Positions 38,365 through 54,029 of a stretch of DNA of 64,000 bases are shown here, piece by piece. Location: the NCBI RefSeq assembly GCF_009914755.1, contig NC_060930.1, one strand, 5' to 3'. This stretch comes from the human T2T-CHM13v2.0 reference genome, Homo sapiens. Made by a program: the position numbers and the translations under genes. Within the stretch, counting starts at the first letter, position 1; each line of letters begins with the position of its first letter. Under the pieces are notes generated by a model. It was not told the origin of the DNA. It saw nothing but the letters and a program-made list of their open reading frames with translations, and made no database searches.

Positions 38365-38744
38365 GTAAGAGCTAGGGCAGTACAAGGGTGGGTAGAAACC
38401 TTTGCTGCCAGGGGCTTGGAGGGAAGGACAAATCTTTCCTATCAAGGAGTTTGCCTTTGGGAATCTGCCTGGACCCTTGTTGGATTTCTGGTAAGTTATG
38501 TATCTCTACTTAATTGTATGTAGATATGCAAAGCTGATTTCATTGCTCTAACACTGTATAGACTCATGGCAGATGGAATTCTGAATTGTGTTCCTTGAGG
38601 TGAGTTCTAGGGCACATTAGTCCTGAGAGTTGAACAAGAAAAAAAATTCCTTGGCCAAATAAGTTAGGCAAGGCCAAGTAAGTTTGGGAAGTATTGTATA
38701 CGATACTCTACTTTTAGGATTAAATAGGAGTTGTATAGGGTTAA

Positions 38745-39110
<366 letters not shown>

Positions 39111-39660
39111 AAATAGAAGTATATTAAAGGCTCTGAGAAGTCCTGCATTAAAGAAATCTATTTTACTTTTATTCTGTGCTCTCCACATTTTTTTAAACCA
39201 CGGAATCCTTCTTCAGATCAGGAAAGTTCTGTTTTCATCTTGAAATCTTGAAACTATCAGAAGTACTTTCATATGGCTTAAATTTTTTGTAAACAGCTTT
39301 ATAGTAGGTGAACAGTACAAGGTACTGCTGAATCAAATACCTGAAATCACACTGAGATTTATAGTATTGGAGAATAAAGGTGCCTCCTTGGGGTAGAGGG
39401 GATTTAGTAAACCTTGAAAATTTAAGTTTAGTTATATCTTAAGTGACTATGAAAAAATATAATTGATGAACTATCACTAGTTCCTAGACTAGCTATGCTT
39501 CCTACATTTCAGGTATCTAAAACTTATTTCATAGTCCTTGATTTTCATACAGAAGTAAAGGACTGCATGTCACATGGGAAAGACAGGTCTAGGGAATGAG
39601 TTAGTCGAGGCAGGGGATCCTAACATTATTCCTGCCATTAACCAACTCGGAGATCTTGGG

Positions 39661-39986
39661 CAGCAATCCCCGGGCTGCACGTCGGAACCACCTGGGAGGC
39701 GCTTACAAAGAAAGGCTGGAAAGCCCCACCCTGATGCGTTCTTGTTGAATTGGCCTCGCTTTTTTGTTTGTTTTTTTCAGAGACAGGGTCTCAGTCTGTC
39801 GCCCAGGCTGGAGTGCAGTGGCACAGTCATAGCTCACTGTAGCCTCGAGCAACTGGGTTCAAGGGATCCTCTCACCTGAGCCTCCCTCGAGTAGCTGGGA
39901 TTACAGGCATGCACCACCATGCCCGGCTAGTCATGTTTTTAAAGCTTCTCAAGTGATTCCAGTGTGCAGCCGTGGTTGAGAACCTT
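39661..39986. mobile_element. MER5A split by an Alu right arm (39760-39929, -)
   Basis: ggctgcac...accacctgggag start; gtgattc...tgcagcc...ggttgagaacc end. Confidence 0.6.
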
Positions 39987-40469
39987 GTCTGCAGTGACCT
40001 TTTCTGTAAGCTCTTAATAGGTTTTGCCTGGTGGTAAACAGTGTTTAAAAATACTACCTTTTAAAATTGCAAGTCACCCGACAGTTCAGCCTCTGCTGTT
40101 CTGTAGCTCCACTTCTTGGTGTCCAGGACAGCAAGCTGGTTATAACTCCCCTGCTTTGTTACTCTCTGCCTGACCCTGGCCAGTACTTGTGCGTTTCTGT
40201 GTTTGTATTCCAGCCTTCTGGAGAAATTAGGGCACAGCTTCAGGCTGCACTTTGAAATGTTTAAAACAAATATTTTTATTGTAGCTAGCACGCACCACAG
40301 TTTGCATTGGAAGTTTCCCCAAACTTGTAAGAGAATAATTTTCAACCCAACGTGATAGACCGATGAACCTCCAGCAGACTAACTCAGTCTAGGCTGCTTC
40401 CATTGACATCTCGCTTTTATTACTTACTAGGATGTGTTTATATCATTTGCCTATTTGTTTACCCAAGGC

Positions 40470-41158
40470 TTTTCTTTCTTTTTTTTCTCTTTCTTTTCTT
40501 TTTTTTTTTTTTTTTGTTTTACAGGGTCTTATTCTGTTGCCCAAGCTGGAGTGCAGTGGTGCAGCTTGTAGCTCACAGCAGCCTCGAACTCCTGGGCTTG
40601 AGCAGTGCTCCCACCTCAGCCTCCTGTGTAACTGGGACCACAAGCACATGCCACCACACTCAGCTAATTAAAAATTTTTTTTTTGTAGAGACAGTGTTTC
40701 CCTATGTTGTCCAGGCTGGTCTTGAACTCGTGGTCTTAAGCAATCCTCTTGCCTCAGCCTCCCAAAATGCTGGGATTATAGGTGTGAGCCACTGCACCTG
40801 GGCTACTCAAGTTCTTATGCTTTTCAGTGCTATTTTGTCATTAAGAAAACATCTAGATTTGTGGGCGTGGGTGGCTCATGCCTGTAATCACAGCACTTCG
40901 GGAGGCTGAGGCGAGAAGATGGCTTGAGGCCAGGAGTTTGAGACCAGCCTGGGCAACATGGTGAGACCCTGTCTCTACCAAACATAAAAAAATTATCTGG
41001 GCATCGTGCTGCACACCCATGGTCCCAGCTACTACAAGAAGCTGAGGCAAGAGGATCACTTGAGCACAGGAGTTTGAGGCTGCTGTGAGCTGTGATCATG
41101 CCACTGCACTCCAGCCGGGGCAACAGAGCAAGACCCTGTCTCTTTAAAGGGGAAAAAA
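40470..41158. mobile_element. Inverted Alu pair (- 40470-40803; + 40862-41158)
   Basis: Two AluJ-like copies about 58 bp apart. Confidence 0.88.
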
Positions 41159-42087
41159 ATCTAGATTTTATTTATTTTCTTGCAATTTAATTGGATAGTA
41201 ATTGGTTTTTTGTTGTGGTTTGCCTCATTTTTTTTGGTTGCATGGTAATTATCTATAAATAGATTATAAACTTCTTGATGATAGAGAGCATATTTTATAC
41301 TTTATAAAAATATTTTCATGTGGCAGAAAATAGTGACAAAATCAGAGAACTCTGAACTTCCTGTGATCCTAGAATTGAGAGTTAAGCCAAATATACAAAA
41401 TCTTTGAAGCCTCAGGTAGATTGGGTGCTTGGTCTTCAACTCCATTCCACTCTGATCCTAGGGTGTCATCCTGTACTGCAGATATTAGAAAGCAAATACA
41501 CACACTCTTCCCCAACTCCCTACAGCAGGTTTCTAAACATCCATCCAGCCCAGCCAATCTGATGCACTTGCATGAGATGTAGAAGGTGTAGGTTGACTTT
41601 CGCTTCCCTTCTGCTGCCTCTGTTGAGAGCACACAATGCTGGAGGTGTTTGGTTCTTCTGCAGCAGGGTTCGTGAAAGTTGCAGGGTTTAGTCAGTAACC
41701 ACAAGTCAAGAAGGAGGCCGTAAGGCATGCATGTTGCTGGTGCACGTGGTTCTGTATGTGGCATGATTCTGGAGCTGGCAGTAGTAGTAATGGCGTCCTG
41801 ATTGTAGCAACGATAATGGGGTCTGGAGCCAGAAATGTCCAATTCCCAATGTTTGTGATGTGTTTCACTACTTATGAAGCATATTGATGTATCTTGTAAA
41901 TTTTAGTTTTAAAGCATCACCCTGATTCTCAGAGGTTAGTGGGGCAGATACTACCTTCATTTTATAGATGTATGGCAGAGATGAGTGGCAGGCTTGGCCA
42001 CACAGTAGAATGTATTAGGAATGATGCATAAAGTTCTCCTGACTCCATAGTTAGGGCTCTTTCCTCCTCAAGTACTGCTTTTCGGGG

Positions 42088-42387
<300 letters not shown>

Positions 42388-42630
42388 TCTGCTGACTCTT
42401 CTTATCTAAGATGATTATTCACCATCAGGACGTTTTTTGCCCACTCTTCCCTGTGGTTGCCACTTCTGCTTAGCCAGGCATTGGCACCCTTGTGCAGTGA
42501 GCAACCTGCACAGTTGCACATGGCAGCCCTTGTTCTTGCCAGTATAACAGCATGGGTTGTTGATACCAGTGTAGTGGTAGTGTGAGGTTCTGTTGCTGTT
42601 TGTTTGTTAACTGTTAATTATTTTCCACAG

Positions 42631-42747
42631 GTATTAGTCACTGTACCACTGGCTTTACTACAGAAAGGTGCCATTCAGTTTAATCCACCGTTGTCAGAGA
42701 AGAAGATGAAGGCTATCAACAGCTTAGGCGCAGGCATCATTGAAAAG
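42631..42747 (+). CDS. KDM1B: KDM1B exon L (VLVTVPL...GAGIIEK; ends on catalytic Lys661)
   Basis: ccacag|GTATTA...GAAAAG|gtgact; 117 nt. Confidence 0.96.
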
Positions 42748-43297
42748 GTGACTGAAATGACCTCATCCTCAGCAAGAAAGAGATTAATGTCAGATGATAG
42801 ATGTTAACTTCTGATATGGAGAAGTAGTGGGTACTATCTAAATACAAATAAAACTCAAGGATTTCCTTTTCATTTGAGTAATTGTTCGTGAAGAACACAG
42901 AAGAATATTATCAAAACGAAAGGAGGAGAGCTGGCTGAGGTCTGTGAGTTTTGACTTTAGGAGAAAGAATCTTGTTATTCACAATTTGAATTTGGTATAA
43001 GCAATTCTTTTATCCCCTTTTTTCCCCCCTTCTGCTTTCTTTCTTGTCTGCTTTCCACTCATTGGCCCCAGTGAGGACAGAGGTTTATTTCTCCTGCCTT
43101 TAATATCTCCTGTAGCAGAATGGGCCAGTGCTGCAGCAGATTCTGACAGACCTATGAGTAGTGAGAGTTTAACTTAGGGACATACGCCCAGGAGTGAGTC
43201 TTAGGAATGCTGGGCATCTTCAGACTAGCTTCTAGGTTGCCAGTGGGTTCCATTATCCATGGGAATGGAACTGAGTGGCATCAAAAGCAAGGAGCTG

Positions 43298-43622
<325 letters not shown>

Positions 43623-43798
43623 CCAAGGAGTTCACAGGGGGAAAAAAGGAGGTGAGGAGAATGGAAAGAGCGGTATTTGGGGTTGTTCTTTCGGGCAGTG
43701 TCTTTGTTTTAGAGTAGAGCTACAGGTTGCTGCTTAGATATTGCCTGTGGTTTTGTGACGACAGACACCTAACCACCTTTCTTCTGCTCACTTTGCAG

Positions 43799-43924
43799 AT
43801 TGCCTTGCAATTTCCGTATAGATTTTGGGACAGTAAAGTACAAGGGGCTGACTTTTTTGGTCACGTTCCTCCCAGTGCCAGCAAGCGAGGGCTTTTTGCC
43901 GTGTTCTATGACATGGATCCCCAG
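43799..43924 (+). CDS. KDM1B: KDM1B exon M ([11 protein letters not shown]...DMDPQ)
   Basis: ttgcag|ATTGCC...CCCCAG|gtaaaa; 126 nt. Confidence 0.96.
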
Positions 43925-44631
43925 GTAAAATCATTCGTGAACTGTGGTTTGAATTTCCGTCTTAAAGTTTAGAATTTGATGTGATAATTACTCACCTATC
44001 AAGCTCAGGAACTAACGAACATCATGGAGACCCTGGGTCTATGTTTATATTCTGGGAGGACACTTGGACTGGACATTTTCCTATAGGAAAGGAGCCCCAG
44101 TATTTGCCATGTCTTCTTAAAGTCCTCATGTTGCTCCCTGGGACATGAATTGGATGCTTGTGGAAACTGTCATTTCAGGCTATGGGGGAATTCCTCTTAG
44201 GTGAAGTTGGAGACATCAGAGTCAATGAGTGGTGCTTGAAACTTCCTCTCTGAGGGTCCTCTAGGGAGCTGGGAAAGGGTGTATGATTGGTGAGGGAGGG
44301 TGTGAGTGTCAGCAGATGTGAGAGCTGAGGGAAGGAAGGAGAGAGGAGAATGGCATACCCAGAGCTGGACGGGGGTGGTCACTTTCTCTGCCGTCATGTC
44401 ACTGCCACACGAAAGAATCATGGCTGTTTCTGACTTTCAGTTTCAAGAAACTTTGTCTTAAAAGGTTTCACATAGGAGCCGAGGGCAGATTTTCTTTACC
44501 ATTTGAGGTTTTTTTATTTTTCATTGTTTTATCTGCAGATTTTCCTTCTCCATCTCTTTCTACTTCTTCCGAAGCAAGCTTTAATTAGTGAACAGCCAAG
44601 GGAACCTTAAAGTTGCTATTTACATTTCTTA

Positions 44632-45086
<455 letters not shown>

Positions 45087-45149
45087 GAGGCCCTTATCTG
45101 TGGGAGCTGAGCACTCACAGACCTCCTGCTTTTCCTTTCATGTCTCCAG

Positions 45150-45272
45150 AAGAAGCACAGCGTGCTGATGTCTGTGATTGCCGGGGAGGCTGTCGCATCC
45201 GTGAGGACCCTGGACGACAAACAGGTGCTGCAGCAGTGCATGGCCACGCTCCGGGAGCTGTTCAAGGAGCAG
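45150..45272 (+). CDS. KDM1B: KDM1B exon N (KKHSVLMSV...LFKEQ)
   Basis: ctccag|AAGAAG...GAGCAG|gtgaga; 123 nt. Confidence 0.95.
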
Positions 45273-45427
45273 GTGAGAGAGAGGAAGCCCTCCTTGAAAG
45301 GGGCAAGCCGTGCTTGCTATCCAGAGCAGGTGTGAAGCCCAAGCAGCCAGCGTCACTGAGAATCACAGGAAGGAAGGCAGAGGCCACAGTCTTCTTTCTT
45401 TCAGAGTCCCACTGCCCACCTCAGCAC

Positions 45428-45815
45428 TGAGATTAGTCTGTGAGGGCTGTCATCACAGAGTACCGCAGACTGGCTGCCTTAGACAACAGAAACTTATTCC
45501 TCACAGTTCTGGAGGCTGGAAGCCTGAGATCGAGGTGTCGGCAGGGTTGGTTTCTCCTGGGTCCTCTCTGTTTGGCTGGTAGATGCTGTCTTCTCCCTGT
45601 GTCCTCACATGGGCTTCCCTCTGTGTGTGTCTGTGTCCTCATCTCCTCTTCTTATGAGGACACAAATCAGATTAGATTAAGGCTCACCCCGGCGACCTCA
45701 CTTTAAAGTAATTACCCATTGGAGACCATGCGACGAAATACAGTCACATTCTGAGGCACTGAGGGTTAGGGTGTCCACATGGGAATTTGAGGGAGACACG
45801 GTTCTGCCTGTAACA
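45428..45815 (-). mobile_element. MLT1B-like MaLR solo LTR
   Basis: ctcacagttctggaggctggaag...gtcacattctgagg...gtaaca. Confidence 0.8.
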
Positions 45816-46181
45816 GTGCCCTGTACCTTTTTTTACACAATTGTCTTCCTTCCTTTTTTTCTTCTCACATCATACACACTTCCCTTTTTTTTTTTTTTTG
45901 TAAGGATATAAAAGGCTCGGTATTTTCTACGTGGATTCTATATTTACTGAAGCCCTAGAAGCTTTGACTACAGCTTTCCTTTTAAGAGGAGCCTTGGCCA
46001 GCTTTTTTTAATATCGCACACATGCAGATAGTCTCTTTTCTCCACGGAGCTCAGGATACTTTGTTTGCCAGTGTACTAAATCTCACCATCTCTGGAGATT
46101 TGTAAATGGCCATGGCTTATATCTTTTTGAAATAAAGGAGCAGAAATAGAAGTGAAATGACTCAAAAGTTATGTAAGTTAA

Positions 46182-46522
<341 letters not shown>

Positions 46523-46689
46523 GCCTTGTTGCTAATTTTATATGAGAGGATCTATCTAATGATGCAATCCCTTGCTTGGGGTTTTTGTTCAGAAGTTTGT
46601 TTTTTACATTAGTTGTTTGGAACTTAGCTTACCGTTTCTATAGAAATATTGTTTATCGTGTTGCTTGTTGGAGGCCAGCTGACAAATTA

Positions 46690-47103
46690 CAGTCACTCTC
46701 TCTTACTCGAGGCTTTGCTTTCATGGTTTCAGTTACTGTGGTCAACCAAGGTCTGAAAATATTTGATGGAAAATTCCAGAAATAGATTCATAAGTTTTCA
46801 GTCATGCACCGTTCTGAAGAGCGTGTCCAGTACCTCCACACTGTAGACATTGCCTGTCCATTAGTCACTCAGGAGTCATCTCTGTTATCAGAGCCATGTT
46901 CACATACCTTTTATTTCAGTATAGCGTTATAATTGTTCTATTTTATTATTGTCATTAATCTCTGTACCTAATGTATAAATGAAACTTTATCATAGGTATG
47001 AATAGGAAAAAACATAGTGTGTATAGTATTGGTCCTATCCATGGTTTCAGGCATCCCCTGCGGGTCATGGAACATATTCCTGGCGGGGAAGAGGGGACTG
47101 CTG
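46690..47103. mobile_element. MER44/Tigger7 derivative
   Basis: TA-cagt...ggtttcagttac...ggaaaattccagaaat...ggggactgctg-TA. Confidence 0.72.
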
Positions 47104-47428
47104 TATTTTAAATTGAGTGAATGTGAAACATAACCTTGTATCACTGTTTTGTGGAGAACCCTGTTGAGAATTCCAACCTGTGATCCTGAGACTCCATCCT
47201 TCCCTTTTCTTCTTGGGCCAGAGACTCCTTTCTGCTACCACACGATGGAAAAGGGAAGGCCCGAACTCTTAGCCATGGGTGATAGCCCCCAGTAGAGGGA
47301 GAGTGTGTCCCGGGCAGAAGGAGGAGGTATAGAAGTGAGGGAATTGTGTGTGGGTGGGGCAGGAAAGAGAGGATAAGACACAAATACCGGCTTGGGTAGA
47401 TTTAAAGGCAGCAGGAGGAACATCTTGA

Positions 47429-47823
<395 letters not shown>

Positions 47824-47874
47824 ATCTACATCCCTTCTTGATCCTACTTCATAATTCCTTTCTATTGGACATAG

Positions 47875-48027
47875 GAGGTCCCAGATCCCACAAAGTATTT
47901 TGTCACTCGGTGGAGCACAGACCCATGGATCCAGATGGCATACAGTTTTGTGAAGACAGGTGGAAGTGGGGAGGCCTACGATATCATTGCTGAAGACATT
48001 CAAGGAACCGTCTTTTTCGCTGGTGAG
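47875..48027 (+). CDS. KDM1B: KDM1B exon O (EVPDPTKYFVTRW...FFAGE)
   Basis: acatag|GAGGTC...GGTGAG|gtatgg; 153 nt; amine-oxidase FAGE motif. Confidence 0.96.
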
Positions 48028-48239
48028 GTATGGATCTTGATTCCAAACCCAATTATTTGTATTTTGATTTCTGTCTTTCATCTAAAATGATATCTGCCCA
48101 GAGTTTAAAAACCAATTCAAATACTGTCAAAAGTCTTATGACCACAGACAGCAGAAGCCTTCTCACCATCCTCTTGCTCCCAGAGGCAGCCGTTTTTAAC
48201 CTTCCAGCTATTCCTTCTGGACTTCACTTCATATTTTAA

Positions 48240-48564
<325 letters not shown>

Positions 48565-49024
48565 TATGATGTCATCTTCTGATTTAACATTAGACAGACA
48601 TTATTGACTGCCTCCCTATTGGGTTAAAGACTTAGCCCATTTAGTCTCTGCACCATTTGCTCAACATGGTTATTTCACACTTTTCATTAAATTGGTATTG
48701 GTATTTACATGGCTGTGTAAATGTCATTTACTGCTGAGCCAAGAAGGTGTCCACTGATACCTTCTTACACAGTTTTCTGTTTTCTTGGCAATTATAATGG
48801 CTCCTTTGGTCATTAGCTTAATTCCTTTGGTACCTCTCCCCATGTCTCCCATACCCTGGGTTTGTCTCTCATTTACAGTTGACACTGTCTGAGCTGGCCG
48901 GCTAGCTCCAGTCCTTGAAATGTCCCCTTCCTGAGTCCTCTTCCCTCTGCTCTGGTCCACACTGGTTGACCTCTGAGATTACTGCAGAGTGTCCTCCTGG
49001 GTCTCTCTAATTTAAATTTAATTT

Positions 49025-49343
<319 letters not shown>

Positions 49344-50413
49344 TGGATCTCTTTTAAAATCACTCTCCAGCATTGGGCCTTTATTTCTAAGATCCGTCTC
49401 TTTCTTGATTTACTTCTGTTGAAAAATGTTTTGCTATTCTGATTTCTGATCCTTTTACTTCACTTTCTTATCTGCTAAAATAAAGATGAGTTTTTTCTCT
49501 TTCTTTCTAGAGATTCTGTTCCATATCTTGGAACTTTTGAATTGAGCATCTAATTTTTCCTCTTTACTATTATTCATCTCTTATGCTACTTTTGGGGGAG
49601 ATTTTAAAATCGTCCAACTCTAATTGACTTTGAAATTTTTGGCTTTTACTTTATGAGCACTTTCTTGTTTGCAGAATGTTCCTTTTTTGTAGCATCCTCT
49701 TGTTACAACTTGTTTCTAAGGTTTTAAAGCTTTGGATGATTTTGCTTTTATGCTCCCTCCCTCCCTGGTTTCCTCAGTCTCAGAGTTCTTATTTTGTGTG
49801 CTGCAGTCTTTGCCTGCTACATGTCCAAATCCCCGATCCATCACCGTTGACTTAGATTCGAGCAAGGCATTTTTTTAAAAGCTTTGTGAAAGCTCCAGCA
49901 AGCTTATCAACCAGTGGCCGGATTCCCAAACATCACTATCTGGGAACAGTTAGTTTCCTGTGTGGTGGAAGCTCAGCCCCTGGCACTGTGGGCGCTGGAA
50001 GCTTCATTGTTAGTTATGAAGGCTTCATTTCACTTCATCCCCATTTTATTTGGTGCTTCGCCCTGATCTCTAAGTCACATCTCTGAGGAGTTGCAGCCGG
50101 TCAAGTGGGGAATGTGGTGAGGGATGTATTAATAATTGCTCTTTATAGTCTTTAAGCCAATCCTGTTTTCACCCCTTGCTAACCTCTGCCTCCATGGTTC
50201 CTCATACTTCCAATGGCTGAGATTTTCTAAGGATTCTCTGGGATGAATTGGTTTGCTTTTTGTTAAAACCCCTGCCCCCAACCCCAAACTTAAAATGAAT
50301 TGTTACCACTCTTTCACCTGTGTTCCTACTTCGTTTAATATGGTTTAGAAGTACACGTCTCATTGTTTCATCTAAAATATAGTTACCGTTTTTGTTTACA
50401 GAAGAATAACATT

Positions 50414-50831
<418 letters not shown>

Positions 50832-50918
50832 CTACTGTGCCTTAGGGTCATGAACATGGCTTAGATGGCTTCTTGCTTTCCTTTGCTGCTTTGATGCGAT
50901 TATTACCTCACCTTTTCC

Positions 50919-51180
50919 TTTTTTTTTTTTTGAGATGGAGTCTCGCTGTGTCGCACAGGCTGGAGTGCAGTGGCGCGATCTTGGCTCACTGCAACCTCCG
51001 CCACCTGCGTTCAAGCAATTCTGTTTCAGCTGGTGTGTGCCACTGTGCCCAGCTAATTTTTTATTTTTTTTTAGTAGAGATGGGGTTTCATCATGTTGGT
51101 CAGGCAGGTCTTGAACTCCTGACCTCAGGTGATCCACCTGCCTCCCAAAGTGTTGGGATTACATGCGTGAGCCACCGCTC
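50919..51180 (-). mobile_element. Alu (AluS, internal deletions)
   Basis: Reverse Alu. Confidence 0.88.
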
Positions 51181-52050
51181 CTTCTTCTAAAAACCTATTT
51201 CTGAGGCTTCCTTCCCTCACTGCCACTTTCTCCCCCCACTAGTCACTATATTCCTGCTGATGTAATCACTCCCCCATTCATTGAAGCCTTTGGCCCCTGG
51301 ATGTTTTCCCTTCTATCCAGGCATCAGTTTAGGTGACTACACTTCACTTCACCTCTCCATTTCTTATCCTCCATTTTCTGCGGTCTGTTCAGCTCCTCTT
51401 CAGCTACCCCTTTCCACAGCCACATCTCAGACCTTGTCATAATTACTTAATCACTAATTCAGGCCTCCTCCTATCCTGTCCTCCCCTATCCTCCTGGTTT
51501 GCTTATTGTTCCCACCATAGCCATTCCTTGAGTGAGGTTCTCCTATTATTGAGTCGTTTTACTTCCTCCCAATCCAACAGCCCTCACTCACATTGTCTTT
51601 TTCTTATTGAACTTACGGTCCCTGGTATATCCTTTGAGTAACGTAACTCTCTACCTATTTTTTTACCCATCTAGCAAAAGTCCATCTGTGGCTTGGCTGA
51701 ACTGCCATTCATCTTTTGTACTTGTTTCGCCTGTGATTGTACCAGCTACATTACTTGTCTGATGGGAGGGACTGTGTCTTAATTGTTCTTAACTCTAGTA
51801 CCTATCACATATACTTAGTATTTTAAAGAGTGCTGCGTAGTACTTCAAGATAGCATACAATGAGTGAATTTGACAATGCATGGCCAGATAACCAGAAAAG
51901 TTCCAGTGTTACGATGGGTGAGTGTGAATATGAGCACACAGGAGTGGCACAAATCTTTATGTTAGACCAGATAAAGTCTAACCTTGTTTTACCTTTTGAT
52001 ATCAACTCAATTCTATGCATGATCTCAAATTATGTAATTATGTTTTACAG

Positions 52051-52134
52051 GCAACAAACAGGCATTTCCCACAAACTGTTACAGGGGCATATTTGAGTGG
52101 CGTTCGAGAAGCAAGCAAGATTGCAGCATTTTAA
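52051..52134 (+). CDS. KDM1B: KDM1B terminal coding exon P (ATNRHFPQTVTGAYLSGVREASKIAAF*)
   Basis: ttacag|GCAACA...TTT TAA; TVxGAxxSGxREA motif; exon sum from residue 140 gives 822 aa. Confidence 0.97.
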   Translation, partial: ATNRHFPQTVTGAYLSGVREASKIAAF

Positions 52135-53992
52135 GAATTCGGTGGACCCAGCTTTCTTCTGTACCCCAGATGGGGAAATTTGAATCACATGTTAAACCTC
52201 AGTTTTATAAGAGGGGGAAAAAACCGTCTCTACATAGTAAAACTGAAATGTTTCTAAGGCGATATGATAATGCAAACCTATTTCATCACTCTAAAAGCAC
52301 TGACCTCAAAAAACCTTATAAGCACTTAGATTTAATTGCATTTTCCATAGGTTCAACTACTGCTGAAAGTCTGGATTTCAGAATAAAGCAGAATGTAAGT
52401 TTCAGTTGAGGCCATGGATTTGATTGTTCCATGGCTGGAAGTTCCCTTTAGATTTCACATTTTATATGGCTGATCAATTTTCATACATTGAGAAACCAAG
52501 TCAATCAAGCAGGAATCATTTAAAAACCAGATAAAGCCATGTTTTTCTTCTGTGACAATTTATCAGTATCTTTACCAATGAGCCTTAATTTTTATATAGG
52601 TCCAATATTGAGCTTTTACTTAAAATTTAGATAGAACTTTTTTTTGGATACAGCACAAACTCCAGTTGACAGTAAAATGAAGCTTCTAGGTATTTTGTAT
52701 TGTACATATTTCCTCCTACTGGGTGTTCAAAAGAAATTTAAATTCAAGTACCTTTTGTGATAAAATGTTTTAGATTTGTGCACCCATTGGCAAAACAGGA
52801 AAGTTTCCAGATAGGTATTGTATCATTGAGAATGCAGCACAGATAGTGTGGGCTTCACACTATAGACACAGAATATAGCTTTTTCTTAAAGCCAAATTTG
52901 GGTGATAGGACACTTTAAATATCCTTAATTTTGGCAACCACTAGCAAAAAAACTTGTCAGAATAATTTAACCAAGCCCCTCTCCACTTCTTTTATTTAAA
53001 AGCACTGATTCAATTGCTAGGAATATTTTTGCAGATTTTTCTTTACAGTATTCCATAGGCAGGTCCACTGGAAAACTGCAGAAAAATGTGAGCTCTCCTG
53101 GTAAATAGTATACATTTTATAAGCTATATTTTAAAGGCCTAAGAACATGGCAAGTATTTACTTTTATCTTTTTTTTAAAAACACTCATGACAGAAAACAG
53201 TTTAATAATATCTCATTCTAAAATAAAACACTGGTTGCAGGGTCTTCAGGATGCCTATTTTGCCAAGAAACTTCAGTATACAGGTTAGAAATATGCTTTT
53301 GTTTTTGAACAATAATATACTGGTTTGCTTTAAAGAAGGGACTAAATATGACTTTAAAGAGACTTCAAAATATTGAGTATTTTAAAAATTTAAAAGTAGG
53401 TCAGTTTATAACGAGTAAATACCTAACACACCAAGAATGTGCAGTGAACCTCAGGCATTTAAGACACCTCCCCCACCGCCCGCCCCCCGCCCCCCCCAAT
53501 CAAAGTGTGGTCCCAAAACAAGCCAACAGCTGTATATCTCAAAAGTTAACCCAAGACAACTCTGATATTTAGGTTATTTGTTGAGACTCATTGGTACTGA
53601 CTGGCAAGTATTCTGCTTTAAAGTATCATGTATTAAAATGTTTAGACAGCATGTGTTTTAAAGTGATAAATGCAAAATGTTAAGTTTGAAATGGTTAACA
53701 GTAAATTATTATGTTAGTTTCCAGGCACTTGAACTGTGCTACAAGTAGGGGAAAACCTACTTTAAAGTATGGTAAATGTGTGTTTTAAACTTCCTATCAA
53801 GTGACATACTTCATTTGATTTTTTGTTTAAGAAGCCATGGTACTTTTTTCTTGAGTTACTTTGGATATGTTTTTTCAATGCCATCTGAAGATTTTGTAAT
53901 TGAGTAGCAGTAAATATACAGATTTACAATGTTTTAACTACAGTTCATGAATAGCTGGTTGTGTAAAACTAATAAAAAACTAGACTTTCACA
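52135..53992 (+). other. KDM1B: KDM1B 3'UTR
   Basis: AT-rich, repeat-free sequence after the stop, ending at AATAAA 53971-53976, a CA near 53990 and a GT-rich tract; proximal AATAAA also at 52382 and 53222. Confidence 0.8.
53971..53976 (+). terminator. KDM1B: KDM1B poly(A) signal AATAAA
   Basis: TGTA at 53962 upstream; CA about 14 nt downstream; TGTACTCTGTACTGTAGTGGTG downstream element. Confidence 0.8.
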
Positions 53993-54023
53993 TGTACTCT
54001 GTACTGTAGTGGTGATACATCCA

Positions 54024-54029
54024 TTTAAT
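54024..54029 (-). terminator. DEK: Candidate distal DEK poly(A) signal ATTAAA
   Basis: TTTAAT on +; on - it is followed by CA sites near 54000-54005 and a U-rich tract. Confidence 0.55.

Noticed and set aside
41369-41842. 157-aa antisense ORF
   Set aside because: Non-ATG start, no domain, no splice or poly(A) support
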